The position numbers and the translations under genes are program-made. 64,000 nucleotides of DNA from the human T2T-CHM13v2.0 reference genome, Homo sapiens: the NCBI RefSeq assembly GCF_009914755.1, contig NC_060932.1; one strand, given 5' to 3'. Every line of letters starts with the position of its first letter. Positions within the stretch are counted from its first letter, which is position 1. Shown in pieces: positions 31,938 through 44,596 of the stretch. Under the pieces are notes generated by a model. That model saw nothing but the letters and a program-made list of their open reading frames with translations, made no database searches and had not been told where the DNA came from.

Positions 31938-32087
31938 TAATTCATAGAATATGGAAATAAAAACTAGTGGATTGCCTTACTCACAGGTCTGATGTGAATG
32001 TCTAATGTATGTATGTATGTATGTAATATCACTTTCTAGATTTACAAGTGAGCTGGCTTAGCTGGTGTTCACCCTAGTACAGGTATT

Positions 32088-32387
32088 TGGTTTGTTTGTT
32101 TGTTTGGAGACAAGGTCTTGCTCTGTTGCCTAGGCTTAAGTGCAGTGGCATGATCATAGTTCACTGCAGTCTTGAAATCCTGGGCTCAAGTGATCCTTCC
32201 ACCTGAACCTCCCAAGTAGCTGGGACTACTGGTGCACGCCACCATGCCCAGCTAATTTTTTTTATTATTTATAGGGACAAGGTCTTGCTATGTTGTTTGG
32301 GCTGAATCAAACTCCTGGGCTCAAGTGATCCTCCCATGTCAGCCTCCCAAAATACTGGGATTACAAACATGAGCCATTGTGCCCAGC
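32088..32387 (-). mobile_element. Alu (AluJ-like)
   Basis: Reverse Alu with (TTTG)n tail. Confidence 0.94.
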
Positions 32388-32559
32388 TCCAATACAGATT
32401 TTAAGGAATCAAACAAATGAAAGATATTACTATTATTATTATTTAGTCTTCAAAGCGTATAAGCAATCTTGAATGTGGATGTAATCAAACATATTTGGGA
32501 TAAACATATGTGTCACATATAAACTCACACAAACACATCTACTCAGTCGTGTCCTGGTC

Positions 32560-33830
32560 CAACTCTTTTGGAAATGGACTCATCAGACCTGTCACAATAT
32601 GGAGGAAATATTTGAAGTCGATTTTAATCCATTCCCCTGGCCACAGTCATTTTTTTAATCGTCGAATCTGAAATGTTGATCTCAAAATACTATCACTTTT
32701 TTTTACGCAGACTTCATCTTCAGAGCAATTTTAAATTGAAAGAGAGAGAAACACATATTTTTCATTCTCTCCTTTATGGCGATCCAGTCTCCAGCCTGGA
32801 GGGAGTGGAAAGTAGCAATAAGGAAGATCAGATGGCGTGAACATAAAACTTGAGGTGGCTTCTAATGACTTTACCAAAAAGCAAATTCAAGTATTTCCCC
32901 ACATTTAGCCATCTCAGCAAGAAGGGAGGGCAAAACTCCTAGAAGTAGAAAGCGAGGGATTTAGTGTGCCTTGAAAACTAACAGGTATTTCAAGGACACT
33001 GAAGCAGCAAGTGAGAAGGAAGCTGGGAGCTCTGATTTGGGGTGGTTCTGCAGAACAATGCCGCTATTGGAGAGCACTTGTGGGGGCCCCTGGGCTGTGA
33101 AAGACCACTGATAGACATGCAAATGGAAGGGGCCTGAATAGACGTTGCAAAGCTGGGTTTCTGCGGGCTGGGCGGAGAAAGCTTTGGGGAGATAGTGGAA
33201 AGCAATGCCTCGAGCCAAAAATAACGCTTGCGCTTGCGCTGTGAGGACATTTAGGTCGAGCTGAAATGAGCCATTAAACGCTTTTTTTTAAGTGCCTTTG
33301 GATCTGAAAGGGCAGTAATAATGCAAATTCGAAGTTTGCCTTAGTTAATTGGGTAGAGGACCCATCAATTAATCAGAGAGGCAGAAAACTATTATGTAGT
33401 TAACACTTTTTAAAAAGAGTCCTACTGATAAAATGCATTTCAAAAAAAATTCTACAGCTCCGTCTGAATCTGACAACATGAAAAAGAGTAAGAAGGCCTT
33501 TATGTAACGTCTCGAATTCACCTGGGCTGAGATACACAGCCAGATCGGTAGTTAGAGGTTGCTAAACTCTCAGGAAGGGGTTAGAGAGCCCTCCAGTGCC
33601 TGGAAAGGCCTTTTCTTGGCCGGATCTCCTAGGGGACTGCCCCAGGGGATGGCAGAGAGTGGCCGGTGTCCCACGCCCCTCCACAGGCTGAACCCCTAGA
33701 AACTTCGCCAGGAACTAGCTCACCGAAGGCCCCTGGGACAAGCTGAAGGAGTCGCCGCTAACCTCAAGTGCAGGGGGAGCAGAATGAGGAAAATAATCCT
33801 CAAGACAGCTTCCGGATATCTGGTGTTAGT
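32560..33830. promoter_or_regulatory. Candidate regulatory island
   Basis: No recognisable repeat; many retained CpGs, GC box GGGCGG near 33170, octamers ATGCAAAT at 33117 and 33321, TTTATGG and TAATT homeobox-type motifs. Motif evidence only. Confidence 0.35.
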
Positions 33831-34389
33831 CTAACTATCCAGAACTTTGGCTTCCTGCCCGGTAAAAAGGAAATTTACAAACTGCAAATGTCTTTTATTA
33901 TTAATAACTTTTTTTTATTCAAAAAGTACACCTGGTATATTTCTTCTTGACTTTTGAGTTAACGTTTGTTAAAAATTGTTTTAGTGTTGTGTATCCATTT
34001 CTGTCTCAAAAGAACGTGTAAAAAGAAATTTCACTAGAAAGAATAATGTGTAAATGAGGGAAGTGGAATGTGAGTTAGAGCTGTGTGAAGTGAAATTTTT
34101 CAACATTTTTTTTCCATGAAGTTCACATTCAGCGAAGTAATTATTTCTGGAAAAAAATTACCAGCTGAAATGTTTAAATACATATTTTGATCAAAAATGT
34201 ATTTCTTAACACACATAGCTAATGACCCATATTTTTGAGAACTATGACCACCCTATCCTAGATTTTGCCTTATAAAATAAAGACCTCCTGAGAAAAACTT
34301 AAGAAACAAAACCTCCATATCAACCTACCTTGTTTTCCTCCTGATTCAGTAACACCCAGGAAATGTCATTCCTCTAACTTCCAAGTGCA

Positions 34390-34490
34390 GTTTATTGTGA
34401 TTAGTATTATTGCTGTTATTATTATTAATATTATTTTAGTATTATTGCTGTTATTATTATTAATACTATTAATAATATTATTTTTGTTTT
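34390..34490. repeat. (TAT)n-like AT-rich low-complexity tract
   Basis: Degenerate TTA/TAT triplets. Confidence 0.85.
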
Positions 34491-35934
34491 TGAAAGGACC
34501 CTGTTTTCATCCACCCCAACCCTCCTTCCCAAACTTTCTAGATCCATTCAAAGGGCATTCAGGGAGTGTATATTCAGGGTAACTTGCAGCTATGCTGGAA
34601 AGGGAGCGAGGGGGTAGGGAAGATGTGTTTCAAGGCCCAGGAAGTCAACAGCCTAGAAACCTGGGAATGGGTTAGAGAGCTCTGTTGCATCTTGGGAAGT
34701 ATAATTCCTATAAGTAATTTCTTGTAGGCTTGGGGCAAAACAGGAGATGCCCAGCTAAAAGGGCTTGCAGGAGACTGTTTTTTTCCCCACCTTTCCCATT
34801 GGTCCAGTCTACTTAACAACCAGAAAATGAGATAGGAGACAGACTTCAGTAGAGCAAAACCACCCCATGGGAAAACATGCTAAATTGTGAGGTCGTATTA
34901 TTTAGGATCTTTGGTTATTGCTATGGTAGGGTTGACCAGAACTCCCTTTTCTTATCTGTCCTATACTCAAGGAAATCCCTTTCCTTTAAAAAAAAAATAT
35001 GTGATTTGTAAATAGCACCATACCTCTAGACAAGGAAAGAAAAGAGCCTTTACAGGTAGCAATGTGGTTCCTGTCATATAATCCTGGCTCAAAAAAAATA
35101 CCACTCCTTGCTTTTACAAAAATATATGTTTACCTGCTTTCAAATAGGATCTTAGAAAACTCTATACACTTTTTGCAATTAATGAACTATTCTTCACAAT
35201 AATCAAGCAACTTTAATTCTTAATCTGTGCCACAAAACTTACCATTTTGCTTACTGAGCTCCTGGCCTCCCTCAGAAGAAATCACAACCACATGGCAAAA
35301 GTCAACCTTGCCCAAACAATGCTGCCTTCTCCACATCGTGTCTAAGCCTGTGCACATGCACAGGGTCCCTGCTGTGGAAGCAGCTATGAACCGTGAGTAC
35401 ACATTATCAAGATTCCTGGTTAAACATGAAGGACTGGACATATATATTATTCTCTTCTTCCCTGATAAGACCAAGGAATCTGAAGAGACATAGAATAATG
35501 AAAAAAATGTTGGAAGCTGGAAAGCAGATGGCTTGGTGGTCCACAAAAAGCTGAATAGTAAAAGTGGAGAAATACAAGCAGCAACTCGGATTACACACAG
35601 AACGTTCAACAATTAGCACCAGTGGGAGTAAAGATGGGGCTAAAAACAGGAGGAAATGCTAAGAGATTCTGAGACCTCACTGAGCAAGTGCTCCTTCCCT
35701 GACCCTGGCAGATAATCAGAGATTTGTTCCCTGAAGAGTGTAGAACTTAGGGTCTCAAGACCACAGAACCCCAAGGCATGGTGGCGGTAGGGGAAGTACT
35801 GAAACTAGAGGGCTAAAGGGAAAACTTAGATTCTCAATGTTGAGACCCCTACCCTTCTTCTCCCTCTTGGCATCCAAATCACTGACAAGCAGACAGTGAA
35901 TATCCCACTGGTAAACTGAGTTCTCTCACCACTT

Positions 35935-36490
35935 TGTATCGGTTACAAAAAAAAACATCCTATTGGAAAAGGCAATCAGGTTTTATTCACTGACCAGGAA
36001 TGGAGAAGAGGAGGTTCTCACTCTCAACGTCCCTTGCCTCCAAACAATAGAAAGCATGAGGTTTTGAAGGACTGGGTTTGGGGAGGGAAAGGAAGGTTAA
36101 CATAGGCAGATCAGGACTCCAGATGTGCAGGTGCAATTCATACATATATGTCTTCATACATCCCATGTACACAAAATGGCAGAGATTTTCTTTTGAGGGA
36201 GGGGATTTTGCCATTATAATGATATGCTAATAATCTGAAGGCAACCACAGGTCACCTGTTCCAGTGCACCCTGGAGTTGCAGGGTCTTATCTCCCCCTGG
36301 TATCTGGGCAGGGGTCCAGAAGCTCTGCTGCCATCTCAGGCTATCTGGTTTCTTTAAGCAGCTGTGCCTAGAGGCAGAGGGACTAAAGAAAAACAACAAG
36401 AAAAGAACTTTCCCATTTATTTCATCAGGGTTGCCCTGGTAATAGATATCTTTCCAGGAGGAAAGTTAAGAAAGTCATCTTTGGGGAATG
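35935..36490 (-). mobile_element. Probable ERV LTR, family not assigned
   Basis: Begins TGT, reverse poly(A) signal TTTATT near 35982, composition typical of reversed ERV1 LTRs; family not recognised. Confidence 0.35.
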
Positions 36491-36864
36491 TGCTGTAGTT
36501 TGAATAAGTTTTGTATGTCCCATCAAATCTCATGTTGAAATTTGATTCCCAGTGTGGCGGTGTTGGGACATGGGGCCTGGAATCATGAATAGATGAAGGC
36601 CCTCCCTGAGGAGGGGGAGTGAGTTCTTGCTCTAATGGTTCCCATGGGCACCTCCTCCCTCCAGTCCTCTTGCTTCCTCTCCTGCCCTGAGATCTCTGCA
36701 CATCAACTCCTCTTCCCCTTCCACTATGATGGCAAGCAGTCTGAGGCCCTCCCTAGATACAGACATTGGTGCCATGCTTCCTATAGAGCCAAATAAACCT
36801 CTTATCCTTATAAATTACCCAGCCTCACGTATTTCATTATAACAACACAAAATGAACTAAGGCA
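36491..36864 (+). mobile_element. MaLR LTR (MSTB-like)
   Basis: TGCTGTAGTTTG...AAATCTCATGTTGAAATTTGAT...AATAAACCTCTT...AATTACCCAGCCTCA...AACTAAGGCA; 5-bp TSD GAATG/GAATC. Confidence 0.88.
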
Positions 36865-37970
36865 GAATCCAATTAGAGGAAGAGACAAGACCTAAAGTTA
36901 CTGACTTTGGGGACTCCCTAAGATGCAGCAGAACCAAGACACCTTAGAGGGAAACCCACAGCAGACAAACCCTCTCCCTCTGGCATCCAACAGCCTTTCC
37001 AGGGCCCACTCTCAGGTATGAGGGCACAGCGAAGTGTCAGGAGAGAGTGGAAGAAGATCACTAACATCAAAGATAGGGGCCAAAACGGATGAAAGCAACT
37101 CGGTGAGTTGGCAGGGAGAAAACTTCAAAAGAAATATTTTAATACATTCAATATATTCAATATTCAAGAGAAAATATTTCATCCATGAAACAATAACAGG
37201 TAATCCTAAAAAGCAACATTTAAAGAACAAAAAAGCAGGTTTTGAAAATTTAAAATATGACACCAGAAATGAAAACATTCAATATAAAAATTGAAATATA
37301 AATTTGGGGAACTTTCGTAGAAAGTAGCCCCCAAAAATGAAGAGACCTATGCATAAGAATTCCAAACGCAGATGCTCTGCCATCAAGGAGGTGGGACATA
37401 ATCCCCAATCCTTACATGTGGGTACACATAGTAGCCTCCTTCCAAGAGTACAGAATGGAAACGGGGGAATATGGAGTGAATTTGCAGTGGAGATACCTCA
37501 CAAACGCTACCTCACCAGGTGGTCAAGGTTGAAATCAACAGTAATCATGTTGACAGCAGGGACCCTTGACGCAGTATGATGGGAGGAACACTTTACCTCT
37601 GTGGTCTTTCCCCCAAGAACACACAACCCCAGGCTAATTATAAGAAAAACACAAATTTCAAGTGAGAGACATTCAAAACTGCCAAGGTCATAAAAACACA
37701 AAAAAGCCTGAGAGACCGTCACAGTCAAGAGGAACCTACAGAGATGTGACAACTGACAGCAGTATGGTGTCCTAGATGGGATCCTGAAACACAAAAATGA
37801 CACTGAGTTAAAAACTAGGCAATCTGATAAAAATTCTGATTAATATATTTGATTAAGAAATATTAATATTAGTAATGAACAATTATTAATTAATATTTAT
37901 TAATATTGATTGGTAATACTATTGCTATTAATAAGAAATATTACTATAAATATTCAGTTAATGCATCAAT

Positions 37971-38753
37971 TGTCAAAGTCAAATAAAATACAGAGAAGAA
38001 TCTTTACATTTAAGACATTTTATTTGGGAATCAAGAATTGCAATTTGGAGGCTGAGGATGGTGGCTCAAGCCTGTAATCCCAGCACTTTGGGAGGCCAAG
38101 GCGGGTGGATCACTTGAGGTCAGGAGTTCGAGACAAGCCTGGCCAAAATGATGAAACCCCGTCTCTACTAAAAATACAAAAATTAGCTGGGTGCGGTGGC
38201 AGGTGCCTGTAATCCCACCTACTCATGAGGCTGAGACAGAAGAATCTCTTGAACCTGGGGGGTGGAGGTTGCAGTTAGCCAAGATCGCGCCACTGCACTC
38301 CAACATGGGTGACAGAGTGAGATTCCGTCTCAAAAAACGAACAAACAAAAAAAAGAAAGAATTGCAATTTGGGGCATACACACAGACTGGGTGGTCTTCA
38401 GTATGTTCAAAGAACTAACAGAAACTTAGAGGTTTTATTTTAGGAAGAGAATGGTTACATATTGTTCTTTAAGAAAGTTTATTGGCACTAGTGAAGTTTG
38501 GGGGAGCTGGCAAACTCTGGTGAGTGACTTCAATGCTAAAACTATTTTCAGGGTGGCAGCAGGTTGTCTTGGCAACTATTAGGTAAAGCTGGTTTCAGGT
38601 TACAGCAGGCAGTTTCAGCAGCCAGGCTTGCAGAGAATGACACTCTTGGAGCAATGTTAGGTGCCCTGACTGATTTCTCCCCGTGATCTCTCAACTCTGT
38701 TCTAATTGGGTATGATAAGCATGACTCAGTTCTTCGTATGATCAACTCTCACA
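37971..38753 (-). mobile_element. Solo MER65-like ERV1 LTR containing an Alu
   Basis: Minus start TGTGAGAGTTGATCATAC...TCATACCCAATTAGAACAGAG matches recalled MER65; TG...CA termini. Confidence 0.75.
38050..38356 (+). mobile_element. Alu (AluS)
   Basis: TSD AAGAATTGCAATTTGG at 38033-38048 and 38357-38372. Confidence 0.97.
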
Positions 38754-38924
38754 AATATTGATACATTAACTGTACCACACAGATGTAACAATGGGGGAAA
38801 CTGAGGATTAAGTATATGGGAATTCTCTGCACTATTGTCACAACTTTTCCTAAATCTAAAAATATAATAATGTAAAATTTTTCTTTTAAAAATAAAAGGG
38901 GAAAAAAGTAGATGAAAAATTAAG

Positions 38925-39212
38925 AGACTGGACACAGTAGTTCACACCTGTAATACCAGTGCTTTGGGAGGCCAAGGTGGGAGGATTGCTTGAGGCCACG
39001 AGTTTGAGACCAGCCTGGGCAGCATGGTGAGACACTGTCTCTACAAAAAGTTTTAAAATTATCTGGGTATGGTGGCATGCAACTGTAGTCCCAGCTACTC
39101 TGGAGGCTGAGATAAGAGGAAGACTTGAGCCCAGGAGTTGAAGCCTGCAGTGAGCTATGATAGTGCCAATGCACTCTAGCCTGGGCAACAGAGCAAGACC
39201 CTGTCTCAAAAA
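38925..39212 (+). mobile_element. Alu (AluJ-like)
   Basis: Alu dimer; tail runs into purine repeat. Confidence 0.95.
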
Positions 39213-39460
39213 GAGAATAGAATAGAATACAAAGAAAAGAAAAGAAAGAATGAAAGGAAAGGAAAGGAAAGGAAAGGAAAGGAAAGGAAAGGAAAGGAAA
39301 GGAAAAAGAAAGGAAAGGAAAGGAAAGGAAGGGAAAAGAAAGGAAAGGAAGGAAAAGGAAAGGAAAGGAAGAAGGGGAAGGAAGGGAAGAAAAGAGAGAA
39401 AGAAAAAGAGGAAAGGAGAGGAGGAGAGCGAAGTGAGAGAGAGAGAAAGAATAGAAAATT
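39213..39460. repeat. (GGAAA)n and GA-rich polypurine tract
   Basis: Pure GGAAA run at about 39256-39305, then degenerate purine units. Confidence 0.97.
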
Positions 39461-39819
39461 AAAGAATTAGTCTAAGAGATCCAAAATCTGATAGGACAGA
39501 AAAAGAAAAAAAAAATGAGGAAAAGCAAAAGCAAACCTCAAAGAAATAATTAAAGAAAGGTGTTTCCATGTTGAAAGTTCCTACAAATTGCTGAGAAAGT
39601 TGGTCGAAAGTAGACTCATGTTAAGACACATCATCATGACATTTCAGAACCCTGAGGCTAAAAGATGCTAAAAACGTCATAGAGAAAAAGCAATTTTTGC
39701 ATAAAAGGCCAAAATAACATTGGCATCAGACTTCTCAACAGAAATCCTAGAAGATAATGGAGCAATTCCCTGAAAATTCTGAGACATTATCACAGAAATA
39801 ATGCCGCTCCCTTCTAGAT

Positions 39820-40530
39820 ATGTCACATAAGTACAACTATGGTGACTTGTCCAAGTGCTGGTCATGTTAACCTTGATGGCCTGGTCAGATTGGTATCTGC
39901 CAGGTTTCTCCACTATAAAAATCACCATTTCCCCTTTGTATTTGGTTAGTGTTTTGTTGGGAGATATTCTGATGTTACATCAAGATACTGTCCCTCTTCA
40001 TCAAACTCCTACCCACCAGCCTTGGGATCCACTGACAAGTACTACCTAGATCAACTATCTTTATGATGTTTGCCAAATGATGTCACTATTAGCTGACATT
40101 CTGCTGGCTGGAAGAGCTTTCTTTCTCCTCCATTTGTATATGGATTAATTCATTTATTTACTTACTTATTTTCTTATACCAGTATTGATTGGGGGTTTAT
40201 ATTTTATTCAGTAAGTTGTAACCCAATACTCTCATTGTTTATTTTAGTGCTCATACTGCCCTAAGTTTGGCTAGTGGGAGCCCTTTCAAGCTGGCCCCTT
40301 TTTGTCCTTTTTGTCAAAAGGCCCCTTAATTTTTTGAGCACTACCTTACTTTCTAACATAGTAAGATATTCCAGACTCATCCTGTAATTCTCTTGCCCCA
40401 GCCTGAATTCAGCCATTTCTCCAAGAAGATCCATACATACACATCTGTAATCATCTGTATATTTGGTTGGAGATTCTCTATACACCCATGAGTTCATGAT
40501 GTTACTTCCAATTCCAATCCAACGCCCCAG
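39820..40530 (-). mobile_element. Old L1M 3' region, reverse
   Basis: TGCCAGGTTTCTCCACTATAAA...GGGAGCCCTTTCAAGCTGG...TTTTTGAGCACT...AGCCATTTCTCCAAG. Confidence 0.7.
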
Positions 40531-40579
40531 AGTTCTTTTAGCTTCCCCCTTTCCATACTTACAAATCCCTGCTCATCTC

Positions 40580-40931
40580 TTTCTTCCTGTATTTCTGCTT
40601 TATTCATCTCTTTTTCTCTCTCTGGGTCAGCCTTCTCTAATTTACATGATAGAAAACATAGCTGCCAACAATTCCTACATTTTATGCTACAGCTTCAGCT
40701 AACCAGAGAGAAACAGAGCTCTCCTTCTCTTTCTAACTTAAACATTCCTAGGAAAGAGGAAATGGCCTGATCTCTGTCAGGTGCCCTAAAAGTGGCCTGG
40801 AGTTTGGGCCATGTGGTCCTGGCCCTATGGATGGAAGAGGAGAGAGTTGGCCCCCAGAAAAGGGGTGGGCAATTCCTAAAAATGTGGGGTAGGGATTGGT
40901 GCTGAGAAGGGAAAACATAGGTGTCTACCAT
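40580..40931 (-). mobile_element. Old MaLR LTR (MLT1J/K/L-like)
   Basis: CATGATAGAAAACATAGCTGCCAACAATTCC...GGTGCTGAGAAGGGAAAACATAGGTGTCTACCA terminus. Confidence 0.5.
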
Positions 40932-41317
40932 AGCTGGAGAACTGAGGGTGTCAACAGGAGGCCTGAAAAGGGGACTCGGTGAATGCCAGGAGCAGTTCTC
41001 AAGCTGTTGGAAAGCTCTGTGTCAACACAGTTCTTACTCAGAGATTCTCAAGTAAAGAAAACAAATCCACATGAGGTCCAGAAAAAAATACAGCAGAATG
41101 AGAGGAAAGGAAACAATTCCAAAATCCAGGAACAGAACAGACATGAAAACGATCTAATGCAAGATTCAAAAAACTAATTTCATAAAACTTCTTGGTATTT
41201 TCAAAAGAATGCAAAAACAGAGGCAAGCCTTCTTGAAAGAAAAAGAAAAGATTGAAGGATAACAAGACAAGGTGAAAAGAAATATGAATGAGATAAGAAA
41301 ATTAGAAGCTGAAAGCA

Positions 41318-41576
41318 GGCCGGATGCAGTGACTCTCTCACGCCTGTAATCTCAACACTTCAGGAGGCTGAGGTGGGAAAATCACATGAAGCCAGGAACT
41401 TGAGACCAGCCTGGGCAACATAGCAAGGCTTCATCTCTAGAAAAAATATAAAAATTAGCTGGGCATGATGGCACATGCCTGTAGTTCCAGCTGCTTGGGA
41501 GGCTGAGGTTGGAGGATCACTTGAGCCCAGGAGGTTGAGGCTGCAGTGAGCCAAGATCATGCCACTGCACTCCAGC
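41318..41576 (+). mobile_element. Alu (AluJ-like) lacking 3' end and poly(A)
   Basis: Alu homology stops at CACTGCACTCCAGC. Confidence 0.94.
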
Positions 41577-42811
41577 TGAAAGTATATGTGCAAATCAAAT
41601 TAGTATATAGAGAAAAAAATCTAAGAGGAGAAGAAATTTATGAGAGACATTGCAAGTTATGTACACGTACAAGAACCTGTTGAAAACTAAGCCCTCAAAT
41701 ATCTGTAATGAATAATCAAGACTAAGGACTAGAATTAATTTTCATAAAAAATGAAAATGAGAAACAGATGTGTGTGTGAGTGTGTGTGTGTGTATGCGTA
41801 GTGTAACATACATTAAAAAGCCAAAAAAAAGTGGGAATACACATTGAAAGAGTAGATCCCATCCTAATGAAAAATCAATGAGCAGAAACACAAGTTGAAG
41901 CATATCTTAGAATGTTAAAATATCAGATCCAGATAAAAATGGTCTAAAGTTCTAGGAATAATGTATTTTTTAAAAAAACAGATTATCTTCAAAGGAATAA
42001 ACATTAGACTGCTTTAGAATTCTATGCTGCAGTACTAACTGACAGAAGAAAAGTTTACATGGTTTTGAGAGTCTGTGCCCCAGGATTTAGTCCCGGGAAA
42101 ATTCCCTTTCACATATAAAGGAAAGATGTGATCATATCAGCAAGGGGTATGATAGTTCCTTAAAGAGCCATAAATATTTAAATAGAGTTCCAGGATAGAG
42201 GACTGATGGTTCAAAATGATGACTGAGTAATTACACCAGACACACAGAGGGTTAAGTATGAATAACTGTTGTGTCTTGTTAAATAACTAATTGCAAATGT
42301 TAAAAATTACTTCTGAAACAGAAGATACACAATGTAAAAATAACAATTTAGAAACAATAATCTGATGGTTTCATAGACGAATTACTTCAAACTTTCAAGG
42401 AACAGATAATTCCCATGCTATTTAAACTTTCTCAGAGCATATGAAAAGATGGAAAACCTCCCATTTAATTTTACAAAGTCTGCATAAATCTCAAACCAAA
42501 ACTTAAGGAAACACAAAAAGAAAAACCAGAAGTTAATATCATTTGTTACTTTAATCTAAATTCTAACAAAAATATTAGCAATGGAATCCAGCAGTGTAGT
42601 GAAAGAATAATACTCCATAACCAAATAAAGTTTAATCCAGGAATGGAGGATGACTCAATATTATTAAATCAATAAATCAATATACATTAACACAATAGTA
42701 AGTGAAAATGTATGACTATCTTTAGGGAAACTAAAAAGTATTTAAAAGAATTTAACTGTCATTCTGATTTGTTTTAAAGACAGTAAACTGAAAATAAAAG
42801 AATACTTCCCT

Positions 42812-42950
42812 AGGCCGGGCACAGTGGCTCATGCCTGTAATCCCAGCACTGTGGGAAGCCGAGGCAGGAGGATTGTTTGAGGCCAGGAGTTCAAGATCAC
42901 CCTCACCACCATAGTGAGACCCTGTCTCAAAAAAATAAAAAAAAAAAAAA
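42812..42950 (+). mobile_element. FLAM (Alu left monomer)
   Basis: Monomer plus poly(A); flanking repeat AATACTTCCCT/AATACTCCCTT. Confidence 0.9.
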
Positions 42951-43989
42951 ATACTCCCTTAACCTAATCAAGAACACTATACTTCTTTTGGATCAAGGTT
43001 CACTATTATACTTGGTGATTAGACATTACATAAATCATCTTTAAAGTAAGGGACAAGACACAGCTATTAGCTATCACCACTATTAACTAGCATAAAGGTG
43101 CTAACCCATGCAATAAAATTAGAAAAGGAAACTCTACAAATCATGTCCAAACAAAGGAAGATACCTGTTACCTATAATATCAACTTTTAAAATGAACAGA
43201 ATTAATTAGAAAGGAAAGCGTGTAATTACAAATATATGTACAAATATCGGTACCTTTCCTGTGTACCAGGAATGCAAGCATAGAAATTATCAAAGAAAAG
43301 ATACTATAGATGCAACAAAACAATCAATAAAATATTTAAGTTTCACTTTAATGAAGTTGTTGATTTCTGGACAAGATAGTTCTATCAGTTCATGCTTTGA
43401 CACACCGTTGTTATGACAGGTAAAATGTAAAATAAGACACTAGAAAGCTATAGCTAGTTCAAAAATAATGTAAGCATCACCATAGATCAGAAACTGCAGA
43501 GAAATACAAAGCAATGAGTAAGGCTGAAGCTATGGGCCCTCTGGGCTTCCATCCAGAAGTAGGCCGATCACTCCAGAATTCAGTCATTTAAAGATAAAAT
43601 GCACTAAGCATGCCCTATACCAGACAGAGGATGGGAGCCAGGCTCATTGCTCAAGGGCAAGAGATAATGCAGTAATATGTTTAAAGCCCTAAGGGAAAAT
43701 TATTGTCAACATAGGATTATAACCAGCTAAACTGTATTCAAGAATGAGGCCAAATTAGAACATTACAGACCTACAAAGGTTTAACAATTTATATCTAACA
43801 GTCCCTCACTAAAAGAACTACAAGTATGTGCTTCAGCAGAGGAGAACAGCAAGACCACAAGGAAAGGCACGGGATTTAAAAAACAATAGTGAGCACAAAA
43901 ATGAATAGATTTGTTGGTAAATTTAATCATATATATGATATTTAGTACTTATTAGGAGTTTTTGTGTTTATCATGAGTAAAAATGAAAA

Positions 43990-44596
43990 CCTTAGACCTG
44001 ATATGACCTGATATGGCAGCCACTAACTATATGTACCTACTGAGAATTGGAATGTGGCTCATCTGAATTGAGGTATGATGAAGTGCAAAATACACACTGG
44101 ATTTCAAAAACTGTGTGTAAAAAAATAATGTAAAATATCTCATTAATGATTTTTTTTAGGGCTGGGTGCAGTAGCTCATGCCTGTAATCCCAACATGTTG
44201 GGAGGCCAAGGCAAGAGGATCATTTGAGCTCAGGCGTTTGAGACCAGCCTGGGCAACATAGCAATAACTTGTCTCTACAAAAAATAAAAATATTAGCTGG
44301 GTGTGCTGTCCTGTGCCTTTAGTCCCAGCTACTCAGAAGGCTGAGGGAGGAGGATTGTTTTGAGGCCAGGAGTTCGAGGCTGCAGTGAACTATGATGGAA
44401 CTATTGCACTCCAGCCTAAGTGACTAAGCAAGACCCTGTCTAAAAATATATATATATATAATATTGAAATGACAATATTTTGGATATTAATTTTTAAATA
44501 TAGTATTTACTTTTTTACTATTTCCTTTAACTTTTTAAAATTTGCTACTATGAAATTTAAAATTACATGTGCAGCTCTCAATAACGGTGTTCTAGG
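43990..44596. mobile_element. MER33-like hAT-Charlie MITE split by Alu
   Basis: ATATGGCAGCCACTA...AAAATACACACTGGATTTCAAA...AAATATCTCATTAAT and ...AAATTTAAAATTACATGTG...GTTCTAG. Confidence 0.7.
44160..44460 (+). mobile_element. Alu (AluJ-like) with (TA)n tail
   Basis: Alu dimer. Confidence 0.95.

Larger units (their letters stand above)
37330..38895 (+). mobile_element. Old L1M (L1MC/MD-like) 3' UTR, split by MER65
   Basis: GGTCAAGGTTGAAATCAACAGTAA...CACTTTACCTCTGTGGTCTT...GGATCCTGAAACA and, after the LTR, TGTACCACA...CAACTTTTCCTAAATCTAAAA; homologous to 62480-63440. Confidence 0.8.

Noticed and set aside
37330-37830. Similarity to 62480-63300 suggesting segmental duplication
   Set aside because: Both are diverged L1M 3' UTR copies with different inserts; independent insertions explain it.
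39250-39462. Lys/Arg/Glu/Gly-rich 70-aa ORF
   Set aside because: Translation of the GGAAA repeat.
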